From Lytechinus pictus (taxonomy: Eukaryota): a DNA stretch of 64,000 nt. The notes under the pieces were generated by a model. It searched no databases. It saw only the letters and a list, made by a program, of their open reading frames with translations, and had not been told where the DNA came from. The stretch spans positions 11,284,001 to 11,348,000 of the forward strand of contig NC_087254.1 in the NCBI RefSeq assembly GCF_037042905.1, given 5' to 3'. Positions 13,501 through 28,500 of the stretch are shown here, piece by piece. The position numbers were made by a program, and so were the translations under genes. The first letter of the stretch is position 1; each line of letters opens with the position of its first letter.

Positions 13501-16500
13501 ACAATGATATGCAATTTCAAGTAACATTTGTTATGATAAGAAATTACTGGTTATAAACACAATGTACATGAAATTCATGTTGGAAATTATTAAAAAATGT
13601 GTGGATATTTTCACTCTTCAATGCTGTATTTTAATATTTTGAAGTCTTCAGTACATAAGAATCTGATTATCTATATTCGATCAATACATTGGTTCTTGAC
13701 TTACATATTTCACAGAATGACCCCGTGTAGCAGGCTGGACACTGGCATGCATAGTTGAAACACGAGTTGGGATTAGCCATGCAAGTACCTCCATTCTGAC
13801 ACTGATGATTGGCACAGGCATTTTGCTCTGAAAGATAAAAAGATATAAAAAAGCAAACTCTCTTTTGATGGGGATTGTATAGAAAGGTTTTGATGTGTAC
13901 GTAGTTCTTTTCATTCAGGGACCACAGAACAGTTTTGTAATTTGAACCAAATGTAGGGGAGCAGCTGACCATGCAAAAAAAGGCACAATACCATATGACT
14001 GTCATTTCTTATGTTTTTTATACTTAAAAAAATAAGAGGAGCTGAAGTTCACTTGCCACTCCCCCCCCCCACATGGCATCAAGTTATTAACATTCCCGAC
14101 CTTTCGTTGGAGAACGCGAACGCTATTTACGACGGTAGTTGATTTTGGAAGAGACTTTTGGGCCCGTCGTAACTTGTAAAAGACTGTCCTGCAATTTAAA
14201 TTATGTGACAAGAAGATTTTGTTTAGCTTTCGCATCTGCAACGGAAACATCAATCTGCGGTGCATGTGCAAAATACTATGGTAACAGCAACATATCCGAT
14301 GAAGGATGACTTTTCAGAGCCACATTTGGTTCCTCCTTTAGCTCAGGAAGCCGCCCGTGGGGGCCACTTCCATTGACGAGTGCATACCAGGCGCGACCAT
14401 GCTAAAGAGGTTTTCCTTTTCAAGAGCCGGCTTGTTTACGTATGTAAAGTAATTGGGTGCTTTTCGAAGCCTTAAGTGGTATCAATTCGTCAGTGGAAGT
14501 GGTCCCCGGAGTTAGCCGGGGAAGCAACATCCAATCAGCGCGCCTGTACCTAAAAAGCGCCTTATAAGTAGCCGAGCTGGTATCTGGAGTTTAATATCAT
14601 CTAAATCAACGACAGTCCTAAAGTCAACTCAGTACAGGTTACGGCTTTATGTTAAATGTGAAAGATTTAGATTCGAAGGAGGTCATGGATGTAAGCTTGA
14701 ATTCGGTGAGTTTCTTAGAAACTCCTAGAAGTATCTAGAAGAAAATGTTACATAACCCCAAAAAATACAAAACATGTATAAATTTCAATTTTAGCTTCCA
14801 AAATATAAAATTGCCCTAATGGGCAGCTCTGCAGAGCTTGCTCCATCAGTTTGAACTAATGTTTAATGGGTCTTGTACCCCTATCTGAGAAAAATTTGTG
14901 CGAGGTCATGAGGACCCCCAGCCCTTTGGACGACCTTTATCAATCAAGCATGCGTCTTTATCGCCAGCTACATACACGGTATGTCTTCGAAACTTGATGT
15001 TTGATAAGCTCAAATCTTATACCCCCAAACTTGGGGGTAAGTATTCGTGCTGGAGTTGGAATCACACACCAATATATATTTGCAATTTTGCTTATTCGAT
15101 CTGAAATAACATGTACGGCTTTTGTATGTATTTCCATTGGTATTTTAAGTCTGTATATGTGCATACGTATTTGTAACGTTGTAAACCTGATGTGAAAGGA
15201 ATTTCCTACAAAGGAAAATAAGTACATTCAATTCAATTCAAATTGCTTGTCATCTCGCGGCCGGCTTTCAAATGAAACAACACAACAAAGTCACGCAATC
15301 ATTGTCTTATTGTAACAGTTTTTAATTTTTACTTCCCAGAAGATTAGATTGGAAAGTAAAGTCAGTGCTGATCTGGACTTCATCGTGTTAAGTTCTAATT
15401 TATTCTGCATTCACCCTATCTTCAGTTTAATAATTTTAGTTTAATCAAAGTAAGGAGAGCTTTGGAGATTGAATTTACAGGAGAGCATAGGAGACTGAAG
15501 TGCAAGAGTTTATGATTTTGGAGTGTACAACGGTCATGTTACAGTAATTTATGAGCATTTGAATGGCAAGATCAATGAAGATTCTTCTATTGGCAATGCA
15601 AAAATTAAGGGACTGAAAGATTTCCACAAGCTAGAAAATATTGGGTTTATCAAAATAGGGCAGTGCATTTAATCAGAGGTGAAAAGAGGCATATTGCATA
15701 CATGTAAGAGGAATTCAGTGTGAAAAAGGAGCGAAATGGCGGCAATAAACAAAATTAGTATAAAGGGATTATTCTGTTGAAAAGATTACTTCCAGAAAGG
15801 AATAAAAAAAACACTAAATCAGTTAAACCGACGCTACGGGCATCAAAAGAGCTGTTACATAGAGGAAACTTTTTTATACGAATAGCGGAAAGTGCGTTTG
15901 TTAAATAAAGTCAGTCTAAGATTAAAAGGGACAATAGACATGTTTGTAAAGGAGTTTTATGTGGGTAGAAAGAGGCACGTTTTAACGTCATCATATTTCA
16001 TGAATATCCAATGTATTGTGTATTAAACAGAGATACTCATTTTACCTTTTTCTTTTAGCGTCTGACGGAGAAATATAGCCTTGTGAGAGACAGTTTGAAC
16101 AGATATTGGTTATTTTAATGCAGGATTATATGTTTTTAATCATGAAATGTATGAACATTTTCATTATGTACACTATATATGTATCAAATTACCTTTTCAC
16201 CCTTTGTTCTTTTCATCCGAAACAGTACGACGTGGGACGCCAAGAGTTGCAGCATTTTGATCGGGAGGTGACTGTTGTAAAACCGTTCCAGCACAAGAGC
16301 AAGACCAGTCAACGCGGAAAGGCGTGGTAGGAGGTTGCTGAACACATGCAGCAGAGGTGATTTAGAGTCGACGCCCGCGCGGTAAGAGATAAAATGAATC
16401 TATTGAAAAACCAAGTAAAAATGCGAAACAGGCAAGAGAGAGCTGCCAGTGGCATTGCCATAAATGAAACTGATGAGGAAAGGAGAAACAGACAGGCGAT

Positions 16501-19500
16501 AGAGGAAATGATTTAAGAGGAGGAGGATATTGAGTTTGCTCCTAAAGAAAGGAATGATGAAGAGAAGAAAGAAGCTGGAGCTGAACTCCGGAAACGGGAC
16601 ATTGGATGCCAAGAGTTGCAGCATTTTGATCGGGGAGGTGATTGTTGTAAAACCGTTCCAGCACAAGAGCAAGACCAGTCAACGCGGAAAGGCGTGGCAG
16701 GAGGTTGCTGAACACATGCAGCAGAGGGGATTTAGAGTCGACGCCCGCGCGGTAAGAGATAAAATGAATCTATTGAAAAACCAAGTAAAAATGCGAAACA
16801 GGCAAGAAAGAGCTGCCAGTGGCATTGCCATAAATGAAACTGATGAGGAAAGGAGAAACAGACAGGCGATAGAGGAGATGATACAAGAGGAGGAGGATAT
16901 TGAGTTTGCTTCTAAAGAAAGGAATGATGAAGAGAAGAAGAGAGAAGCTGGAGCTGAACTCTGGAAACGAGCTTGTGAGACGTTTGGAGAAACAAGAAAG
17001 AGGTATTCTTACATTTTATACCAATATTTCTGTTCAAAATGAAATTAAAACCTGATTTTAGTTTTTATTAAACCCTCCAAAAGAGCAGGTGACTATAGGC
17101 CTACATTTCACTACAAGATCAATGAGATCATGTGCCCCAAACAGGTTGTGATGTAAAGGACATAAACTAAAAATGTGTTTTTTCAATAAACCTACTGATT
17201 TGACATCATAATTTAATGTATATAGAATCCCTGTGTGTTTTGCCTCGACACTTCTGAAGTAAAGGTACAAAATATGTAAAGCAAATAATTAAATCGCTAT
17301 TTTAAATCAAAATGAAGATATGACTGATATAGTGGTCTGTTTTATTTGCCTGAAAATACCATGATATGGCATTGAAATATTATTAAAATTTTAAATGGTT
17401 AAAATGCATTCAGTGACTTTGTAATATTCTAATATTCAATCATACTCGAGTATAGTTCACATTACTGACTGTTTACCATAGCTGAAAACATTATTCAACT
17501 AAGAATGTGGAGGGGTCAATCATCATTTTCACGTCATTCTATATTTCTAAAGCAGTGCTTATTTGTGTTTTATGCTCAATGTCTTTCTTTAAGGTGAAAA
17601 TTAATATTCATGATTAATTCCATGATTCTTTTTTGTACATCCCCACCCTCATCCCTTTTTATATCTGACTGTCTATTGATTTCAATTAAATCTTGATTAG
17701 AATAGTTTTTTATCATTATTGTAGTACATAAGACACTAAGATTTGCATTGAAATTTCAAGTTTTGCAGAAGTTTTCTTCATGGATGCTATCTAACACAGC
17801 ACTTGAGACAACTTTCCCCTGCCAAAAAATTAGGTGGCACAAGTTAACCAATATGCTGTGACAAATGTTCGCATTGAATACCAATTAATTACAATGTTTT
17901 TCTGCTATGATTTCAATTGTTTTGTGTATTTTACTATCAATCTTACCATAAGGTTAGGTTTTACAACTTGGCACCTAATTTTTGGGGCGGAGCTGAGTTG
18001 TCTCCATAGGGTTAGAAAATGTATCAGTAAAATTAGCCAAAACAATTGATGAATGTCAATTATATCAACAGAAAAAAAAGATGTAATATTAAGCAATCAG
18101 ATGAATGCCGTTTACTTTGTACTAGAGTTCGATTTTTCAGCCATTTTGGTCATGTCATTGCATGGGGCGCCGTGACGGTATATTCTGAGGGGGAATTAAA
18201 GAATCAAATATTAGCGTAGTGTTAGAGCTGTTCATGTGGGGGAGGGCGATCATCCCACAATTGTTATAGGGTGAGATATTAGCCAAAACACTGTTTTTCA
18301 TCTGAAACAATTAGATGTGATTTTGAAATGAGAGAAACAATATTTTGATTTCAATATATTTTTAACACTTCCCTTTCTGCGCAACTTAATACAATATTTT
18401 CATTTCAGACACCAAGGTGAATGCAGTACGGCAACACGTACCCAAAGGAAACCGGCCGAAATACACTGGCATTGATCGAACGAAAAATGGAGTGTGACCG
18501 AGAATTGAAAAGGGAGGAGATGGAAAGGAGACTTGAGGATGAAAATAGGAGACGGGAGGAAGAGGCTCAACAAAAAACAGATGAGGAGAAACGGGAGAAA
18601 AGATTTGAACAAATGCTCCAGCAACAACAGCAACTCATTCAACAACAGCAGCAGCAACAACAGCAACAACAACACAATCAGAATATGCAGACAATGATGT
18701 TGGCTCTCCCGAAATCTATAGCCAGTACAAAACAAGGCAAACGCCAAGCGTTGTCTCGCCTGCATATTGCAGTCATGAAGAGACTGCATGTCAAATCTGA
18801 AGGGTAACATCTAAGAAACTTTGACAGCTTTTCTATTGTACCATTGGCAAATTTGTGTGAATATTATAAATGGTGCCAAGAACTATAGCTCATTAAATAA
18901 ATAACAACAGTTTTTAAAGAATAAACAAGTAAAATACAAAATCTGGTTCAGGTATAGAGAGTACTGAGTTCTGAAGTAAAATGTTAGTGTTAAAAAGTAT
19001 AAAATTATAAAGTTCATGTCACTAGAGGAACAAAGTAGTGTGAAAGTTCATTGACCTTTGACCTTAATCAAATTCAACTCACATTCGAACCTGACCTGCA
19101 CCTTGAAGAGATGGACCTCTGTTACGAGTTTGGCGATCCCACCTCGAAGCTATAGAAAGTTATTGTGTGTACAAAATAGCACAGTGCCAGTCATGGAAAG
19201 TTCATTGACCTTTGACCTTAATCAAATTCAACTCACATTTGAACTTGACCTGCACCTTCAAGAGATGGACCTCTTGTATGAATTTGGCAATCCTACCTCG
19301 AAGATATAAAAAGTTATTATGTGTACAACACAGCACAGTGCCAGTCATGGAAAGTTCATTGACCTTTGACCTTAATCAAATTCAACTCACATTCAAACTT
19401 GACCTGCACCTTCAAAAGATGGGCCTCTTGTATGAATTTGGCAATCCTACCTCGAAGATATAGAAAGTTATTGTGTGTACAGCACAGCAGTGCCAGTCAT

Positions 19501-22500
19501 GGGAAGTTCATTGACCTTTGACCTTATTCAAATTCGGCTCACATTTGAACTTGACCTGCACCTTCAAGAGATGGACCTCTGTTATGAATATGGCGATCTC
19601 ACCTCGAAGCTATAGAAAGTTATTGTGTGTACAACACAGCACAGTGCCAGTCATGGAAAGTTCATTGACCTTTGACCTTATTCACATTCGACTAATATTC
19701 GAACTTGACCTGTGCCTTCAAGAGATGGGCCTCTGGTATGAATTTGGCGATCCCAACTCGAAGCTATAGAAAGTTATTGTGTGTACAACACAGCACAGTG
19801 CCAGTCATGGAAAGTTCATTGACCTTTGACCTTATTCACATTCGACTAATATTCGAACTTGAGCTGTGCCTTCAGGAGATGGACCTCTGGTATGAATTTG
19901 GCGATCCCACCTCGAAGCTATAGAAAGTTATTGTGTGTACAACACAGCACAGTGCCAGTCATGGAAAGCTCATTGACAATTGACCTTATTCAAATTCAAC
20001 TCATATTCGAACTTGACCTGTGCCTTCAGGAGATGGACCTCTGGTATGAATTTGGTGATCCCACCTCGAAGCTATAGAAAGTTATTGGGTGTACAACACA
20101 ATTGTTAACGACAACGCCGCCAGAAATAGTGATACCTATGTCTCGCTCCGCTACGCAGGCGAGACAAAAATAGTGTGTTTGGAGTGACCGTTGGACAGAT
20201 AGCAGGTTCAGTATTTGTCTTTCTAAACTTGAAAAATCTTAAGCATAACATTTATTTTTTTCTGAAGATGCAAGATCTATTTTTTTTGTATATGTCTTTA
20301 AATAAAGAGAAGTATATCAGCAAATTTAATTTATTTAGGTGCATCTGCCTGCCAAGATGAGGCTAATGATTGTGTATAAACTTTAGTTACTTGCCAAATT
20401 CATTTAATCAAAATATTTATTTCACTTTGTGTGTTTGACTTTGTAAAGTTCTTATCAGTGTGACTCAGATCTTTCATTATGCTAAACATTTTGCCAAAGA
20501 GGCGTGTTGAACGAACAGTACTTGCCGTTACAATGTGTGCAACTTTATTTTTACTTGGTAACTTATATGTATTTATGCTTATATATACATGTATTTATTT
20601 TACATGATTTTTTAGTCATTTGAAAAGATATGTCTACTTTTTAGTAATGCAAAATATAGATGAAAAATGTGTCAAGCTTTATTACTTGCATGTAAACTTC
20701 TATCTGGCGGTTTAATTATTCATTACAGAAACTGACTGAGTAAGAGTGCAGAATGCACAAGTTAATATGTTTAAGTATGTGACATGACAACCGGAGCTTA
20801 TTTTATTTAATTGATTCCCATAAACCTGACAAAGATGATTTAGCTTTGATATTAGTTTGTTTACTGTACAATATTTATGATTGATTTACTTTAAGAAATA
20901 TTTTTCAATACCTAAAGTGAAAGACGTCATTGAAGAGAGAGAGGCTGTATATGTCACATTTTAGACATTTCCTTTTGTTTGTTGCTGAAATAAACACTAG
21001 AACAAATTCATGTAAAGTGTAATGAAGTTTTAAAAATATTGCTCGAAACGTGATGTCTTGTCCTCTCATCATTCTCATCTCATTAAACATTTGAAGTATT
21101 TTGTGCCTAAAGTGAAATAGACATCCCAAAGAAAATGTTTATGTGAGTGTGTATAAAGTTATAACAAGAGTTTTCTCCTTTTTCCCCTGAAATATATGAT
21201 ACAAGGAAGAAGAGATTCCTTTTTTTGTATACTGTACTTTTCAAAGTATCACCCTCAGTATTAAAAATTATTTATTGATATCTCATTCAGTATGTAACTA
21301 GAGTGAAACGGGTTATTGCAAAGAAAGCTGCATATCACATTTGATTTTTTAGATTATTATTTGGTTTGTGTGTGTGTTATACAGAATTCTATGTCTTTTT
21401 AAAATCATTTTTTTGTACATAATGAGGATATGATCAAACTCATTGCCGAGGTATATGGTACATCTCTTGAGAAATAAAGGTATTCATTTTCTAAAAGCTG
21501 TTTTGGCTGCCTTTTTATCCCCAAATGAAGATCAGAAGCGGCAACATCCTGGGAGAGGTGTGCGAGTTTATTATCATTTGGATATTTGGTTTGTTTTAAA
21601 TGTCAAGTCCACCTCAAACAAATGATTTAAATCAATGGAGAAAGATGAAGCAGGCAGTGACATGAAAATGAGAGAGTCGATGTCCCTCCTTTTGTTATTT
21701 TTGTTTGGTTTGAATTTTACAAGATTTCAACTGTCACAGATTTGACAAGGACCAACTTGAGTGAACCATGAAATGTACAAATAATGAATTGAATTTATTA
21801 GAACGTCACTGGCATTCGCCAATATTTTGTTCAAAACAACAAGTACAAAATAATACGAAACAAATATAACAATACAAGGAATATAGGCAGATAATTTAAA
21901 TATCCTATGTTCAAGGAGGAATACACAAAAAGTTTCATCGAGGAGAAAACTAGAATATCTTAAATTTCCTATGATAAACAAATAGTGAATGGGCAACGTC
22001 ATCAGTCTCCTTATTTGCATGACCAGAATGTCGAGATAACCTTTTGTCAAATTAAGCGAAACGTGGCAAATTGTTGTACAATGGATTTAGATACAATTTT
22101 CACTGTTGAACTTGGACTTTTTTCCATTTGATTTCCATTACATAGTAAAATCAATGGAAACTTAGATAATATTTTAAAAGACATCTGACACTAAGAAACG
22201 TTTTGGTCATTAAGACATCTTTGAATGTTCATCGTATGTACATAAGTCTTGTGAAGAAATCATAAAAAGGACTATTGGAATAGAAACCCCAAGCTAATTC
22301 AAATCATTGTTACCATTGGGGTACATCCCAATGCGACAGCGCCCATCACCATGCTTGCTCTGGTATGTAAATTGCCAATTGGTCTACTGCCAACTCTTCC
22401 ACTCAACACATGGTCTACCTCCATTTAGTCTAATGCCAGTCTGTCCACCATTTCGTCTAGCAACCATTTGGTCCAATAACAATTTGGTCCAACCATCACT

Positions 22501-25500
22501 TCGTCTATCACCAGTTCGTCTATGACCATTTCGTCTCATAACCAGTTATTGGTCTAATATCTGTTTTATTTTCATTCATTTTGCCCAATTATCACTTAGG
22601 GTGTGTAGCAAGAAAATATTTGCAATCAATCAAAAATATTCTGTTGCAATTTTACAATTGATTGATCATTTTCAACTATAGCAAATATCATATTACACTC
22701 CTTGTTTCATGGAGCAGATTAGCAATCAATCGTTAATTTGCAATTAATTGCATGGCATATGATTGACTTGGGGAATGAAAATAGACTTGCATTTGATCGC
22801 AAGTTTCTTACAACGCCCCATAAGTCTAATTAGACCAAATGGTATATGGACTTAAATGGCTATTGGACCAACTGGTTATTAGACGAAATGGTGAGTGGAC
22901 GAAATGATAATTAGACCATGTGGATATTAGACCAAATGATAGTAGACGAGTTGACAATTAAATAAATTGGCATTGGACCAAAAGAAAATAAACTCTGGTA
23001 TATTAAGCCAAATCATGACATGATGCCCAATTACATGTAACTTAGTTCCTCTTGGGGGAAAAAATAAGAAAAACTCATGAAGGCTAACTTGATGGGCTTG
23101 AGGCTTAATTTTACTGCCATTTCATTTATGCTTTCACTTAGCCACCTGATTAATCTGAGTACAATTTAATTAATTCTTTTTCAACCTATTCCATCATCAT
23201 GATCATACAGCATGTCAATAACTTCAGCAAGTGCAACAACCCTGCGTAACACAGTGTGCGAAGCTGCTCATGTTGATTTCAGGAGTAGATTTCAAATACC
23301 TATGTTCATTACGCTTCCAATGTACTTTACCGCACTGTTTAAAAACATGTTCATTCCACCTTGACTTATCATATTTCCCCTATGGCCATATTCGTTATCA
23401 CTCATTTTATATGTTATTACCTTGGTCTATATTGGCATCTTAATTAAGTGTCATACTAATACGTGATATATCTACAAATTAACAGAAAAAATCATCTCAA
23501 TCTCAACGTCTTATCTAATCCTTATCATACTAGACATGCATAGCATATAGGGCGATAGAGCTGCGTATGTTACGTAGCAGTAGGAAAAGGTTCAAGAATT
23601 TTACCTGAAAAAACTCAAGCACTCATCGTCGTTCAGATCATCTAATTGAAATTCATGCCTATATTGTATGTCAGGATTGACTGGTGCATTGATATCGGCA
23701 AGATGGACGAACTCTTCCTCATCTATGACATAAAAAAAGTAGGCTGCAACAAGCGCATCCTGAACTTCGTGTAGATTTGCCATGTTAAAAAAAAAAACAT
23801 GTGGGAGCATGCGCGCTCGGAATTAAAAGCGAGGGGATTTCCCCCATGTGAAACGAACACACGGCCCGGTCCCGAGCTGCTGCTGCTTCATGCCTGAGCT
23901 GAGTGATCGGTTTGCCCGTCCTACACCTACGCAAACGGTAAGCCATCTCGGATACATTGTGAAGGACATATGCTCTGTGGACTTATTCCCCCCCCAAAAA
24001 AAAAATGGGGGAGGGTTAGATTTCCAAAATATTCTTACATTAATCAGGTATTTGAAAGGTTAGATTAATTATACCGAAGTGGTGTTTATAAGATTTTATT
24101 AAATTTCAAAACCAGGATCCATAATAGACCTGCATTTTGATAAAAATCTTGTTTTAATTGGGAAATCAAGAATTAATTTTGGGGTATATGTTCCCTGTAT
24201 GGAGTGTAAGAACAGAAATTAACCCATATACTGTACAGGCATGGTGATTGTCTTGAGTATAGGATCCGTGATGTGGAGTCCTCGCGCTCGGGCTGTACAT
24301 GGTCATGATGTACAGCATAAAGCGAGGCCCATATGATGAGGCTTCTCGAGCTCTCGACGTGACGTGTGCAAAAATCATCCCAAATCGGATCGATAGGTCG
24401 TTGTTTTGCACACGACCGCTCATTTAACGTCTGCGTTGCCGATGCGAAAGGTGGCTATTAACATTAAGCAGAACTTTAGAAAGAGATAGGCCTATAAACA
24501 CAGAGCACAAGAAATTGCTGGTTATAAGAATGGCTCTTTAAAAAGTGAAGGTGAGGGAGAGATTAGTTTACCTATTTCACACTGTGCTCCTGTAAAACAC
24601 CCTAAACACTGGCATTGATATGACGTACAAGAAGCCAAAGTTGATAAACATTGTCCGCCATTGATGCAGGGTGAACTGTCGCACGGGTCTCTCCCTGTAG
24701 GCAAAGTTACATAATGATATGGAAGATTCAAGACAGAGGAATAAACAAACAAACAATGGAGTATCAGACATAACACCGTATCATTTTCAACATAATATTG
24801 AAGGGATTGTTCATGAAAGTATCCAATAAAATTTGTGTATTTGATGATGCATTCATATTAAATGTTATGTCACATCAAATAAAAAAAATCAAAGTCTTTT
24901 AGTTTCCAACATAAATGAAATGAAACTTCAGCTAATCCTTTTTCTGGGATCTACTATTATTTATTTTTCCAATAAATACTTCTTTAATGTATATACAAAA
25001 AAATCATTAAGAGTATTATAAATGTGCTTACATGTTTGGCAGGTATCTCCAGTGTAACAGAACGGACATGAACAGGTGTAATTAGTACAGGATCCCGGTA
25101 GTCTACTACAGGCACCTCCATTGGCACAAGGGTTAGGGTTGCATTGATCCACAACTGCATCAAAAAAAAAAATCAGGGAACAAAAAAGGATAAATAAAAT
25201 CGTAGGTATATATTTGTTTAAGATAGCACTGTTTGTTTAAAGATGATATTGAAATTATAGAAAATGATATGGATCTATTAAATATGATCAAACATAATGA
25301 ACATTCTGTTTGAACTGATTTATGGTTCATTACATGGACATATTATAATACAATGTTTATTCATTCTTTGCATTAAGGTTAATTAACCATGGCAAGTATC
25401 AAAGACAGGAACTGATTAACATTCAAGGTTTAAACATTGTACAGAAACATTCTTTATCATGAATACTTGTTGATGCTTCTAGGGTGTTTCATGATCGTTT

Positions 25501-28500
25501 CATTTATCCACATTACGTCAAACCCCCGTTTGGGAACGGACCGCAGTTCAGATTGCAAACTGTGGTATTTCACCCCATTTTGCATTTGAAAATCTAAAAC
25601 ATCATTTCCAAGCCCAGGGGGCCGTTTCATAAAGCTGTTGGTAAGTTAAGAGCGACTTTAAGAACGACTGGTGATTATCGCCAATGGTGTGTACCATTTA
25701 CCACAAGACAGGATCACCAGTCGCTCTTAACTTACGAACAGCTTTATGAAACACCCGCCTGATCAACCCCGCTTGGCCAGGTAATCCCCGCTGTCTCAAT
25801 TTCACCTCCACAGGCCAAATTATGAGCGTTGAGCCAAGGACGAAATGATAAACAACAGCTGTGCTATTACGTAAGAATTCTCTGCCTGTAGTAGGACCTT
25901 CGGAATGAAATTATTGTATTCGATATTTAATCACGTTTTCAAAGGCAGATTGTATTCAGAAATTCAATGTTAGTCCATTTTTAATTTCGAACGAAGAAAA
26001 TCGACCTCGAAATAAGGAAAGTAAGTGAATAAAAATGGCGGCATGGTTTGCAAGGACCGCAGTCGGGCTGTTGCGTTATATCCGGACCGAGGTCAAGAAA
26101 CAGGTGTTTTGATACTTATATTGCTTGCTTGGGGCAGTAGGGTTTTTCGTACTTGGAGAAAAGAATTGATTGCAAGGGAAACTGGGGTATAGTGTTCTCA
26201 AATGGAGGTTTTTCATCATGCAACAACTGCCAGCACAGAATAAATTCATGATTGATTGACTGCATTCAATTGAATGAGTCGAGGGACCAGAAGAGTGTGA
26301 ATTGAATGTAAGGTCGAAATGTTTATTGAAAAAGTCCATAAAAATATCAAAGGTAAACATTCCATTTGAATCCATTTATGGTAGATAAAATTTATATTAT
26401 CAGATTATTATAATAAATCATGCTTTATTCATATTCAATGTGTTTAAGGCAAAAAAAACCACTGAAATTAATTAAATAGCAATCAAGGTTAAAACATTGT
26501 AAATTTAAGTTTCTTACAATTTAAGTTCCAATTATCAGGAACAATTATAAATGCTTCTGAACACCAGCTTATGACTACTTACACGTAATACATCTATCCC
26601 CAGTCCAGCATCCTATACAATCACACATATAGTCAGTACAGGAGACTTGCTGGCACTGGCCACCGTTGAAACATGGATTGTTCTGGCAAGGGTCGAGTAC
26701 TGTAGGTTTAAAAAAATGTTTAAAAATATAGTCAAGAAAGAATAGATTTAAAATTAAGATAACTGGAAGACTTTGGAACAAAAATGCCAAATATAATAAT
26801 TACAACTAAAGAATTGAAGAAGCAAGATAACAGATTATGAAAGAAATGTTTAATGTATTTATTGAGATATTAAGTTGGTTATGATGAATAAATTCCTCGT
26901 TTAGAGGTAAAAAAAGGTTAAAAAGTCAATTGTTTTATATTCACAATATAAAGTATTATCAAAAGTGACCAGCTAAATGTAGAATGAAATCTGTCAATGA
27001 TTTATCATCATCAGTGCTCTTGTGTAATTTACAACAGATGAATATATTCTAACTACCCATTTTTCTATTGCATGTTATTGAAACATTTGAAAGCATTTTG
27101 TGTTGCATAATCAAAGCGGGTAAATGAATCCCACACGGAAGTAATTTATCAGTTAACAGTTAATCACATAATATTGTAATGTGAAAATGATAATAATATA
27201 GAGTATTTCTAGAGCGTACACATCCGCCTAGTTAGGTGCTCAAGGTGCTAATATATTACCCATCTAAGCTGGGGTACAGATTCTGGTGCTCAAAGCTTTT
27301 TGAGGAATTACTTCCTGCCTGTACCCATTGAAAGAAATTACGCCACTGGCTGGGAATTGAACACATGTTTCAAAGTCCAGAGACTAATCCCATGGGCCAC
27401 AACGCTCCATAAGGTAACAACACTTTCTTCTCTCAACTTCATCAGGGTCGAAAATAATACTTACGTGTGCTGCAAGTAGAGCCAGTAAAGCAACCGGGGC
27501 ATTGACATTCAAACAATGTGCATGATCCTTGGGTTAGCTGGCAAGTACCACCATTAATACATGGGTTACCATTATCCATACATGCGTTGATTGCTGAAAT
27601 CATAGGAAGAAAGCAATCATTATAAGAAATTAGTACGTCTCTCATCAAATACAATTTTCGTTAACATTTTTGTTAAATATACAAATGACAGACAATATTG
27701 TTATACAGCATCAATTAGATTCTATTCAAAATAATTCATATTGTATTATGGTTTGGATATCTTTTCTTTAATAAATATGATATAATTACTTATCCCAAAC
27801 ACATGTATTGACGGTAAAAAAAATTGATCTTTAGAAGAAACATCAAAATTTAAATGAAATCACACTGGCAAAGCAGACTCGAGGCCAACGAAAGCTTTAA
27901 AATAATCACCCATGACTTCATCAATTGGTTTGGAACTGGTTTATCTGCATGTCTTCAAATAAATCTCAAGGCACAAGCCAATAACCAGTCTTTCTTGTTT
28001 TTAATTAAACGTCGTCAACTTTGTACTAAATTTACGGATAACTGACTTATTATGGGATACAATCGGGGTTATTCAAACCTTATTGAAATAACAATTAATA
28101 ATAAAATCATGTGATACTACATCTCTGTTCATAATTTACCAATTTCACAGAATGATCCAGTGAAGCAAGATGGGCAGATACAGGCTGATACATTACATGA
28201 AGTTCCTCCTTCTCTGAAGCAAGTTCCTCCATTCATACAAGGGCTTATATCACAGGGATTAAGCACTGACAAATAAACACAACAAAATAAAAAAAAATAT
28301 TGATCAAAGATTCAGATGTGTACGAAAGGTACTGAAAGAAAAAAAAACACATCAAAAAAAATCTATACTTAAAAAAAAGAAGACTCTTCCTATTAAAAAA
28401 AATCCACAATTCCTTATACCTGGAAGAGTTTTAATAAATTTCATATGTACTTCTAGGTAGTTTTGGCTTGTCCAACTATGTTACATTAAAATGATTGACA

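Larger units (their letters stand above)
14095..24456. mobile_element. Decayed PIF/Harbinger-like (ISL2EU-related) two-gene DNA transposon filling intron 28
   Basis: Convergent Myb/SANT-like gene (+) and transposase-type first exon (-); imperfect TIR cccgACCTTTCG / agccACCTTTCG; direct repeat (t)attaacatt on both flanks. Confidence 0.72.

Noticed and set aside
18421-18807. Independent host polyglutamine gene
   Set aside because: It lies after a splice acceptor matching the Myb/SANT exon and inside the transposon boundaries.
19042-20100. CRISPR-like array or repeated small ORFs
   Set aside because: Whole 154-bp units repeat with no unique spacers, the context is eukaryotic, and the ORFs are by-products of the repeat.
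23848-24063. Transposase fragment suggested by [11 protein letters not shown]
   Set aside because: It is on the opposite strand and upstream of the transposase start exon, and the match is too short to support.
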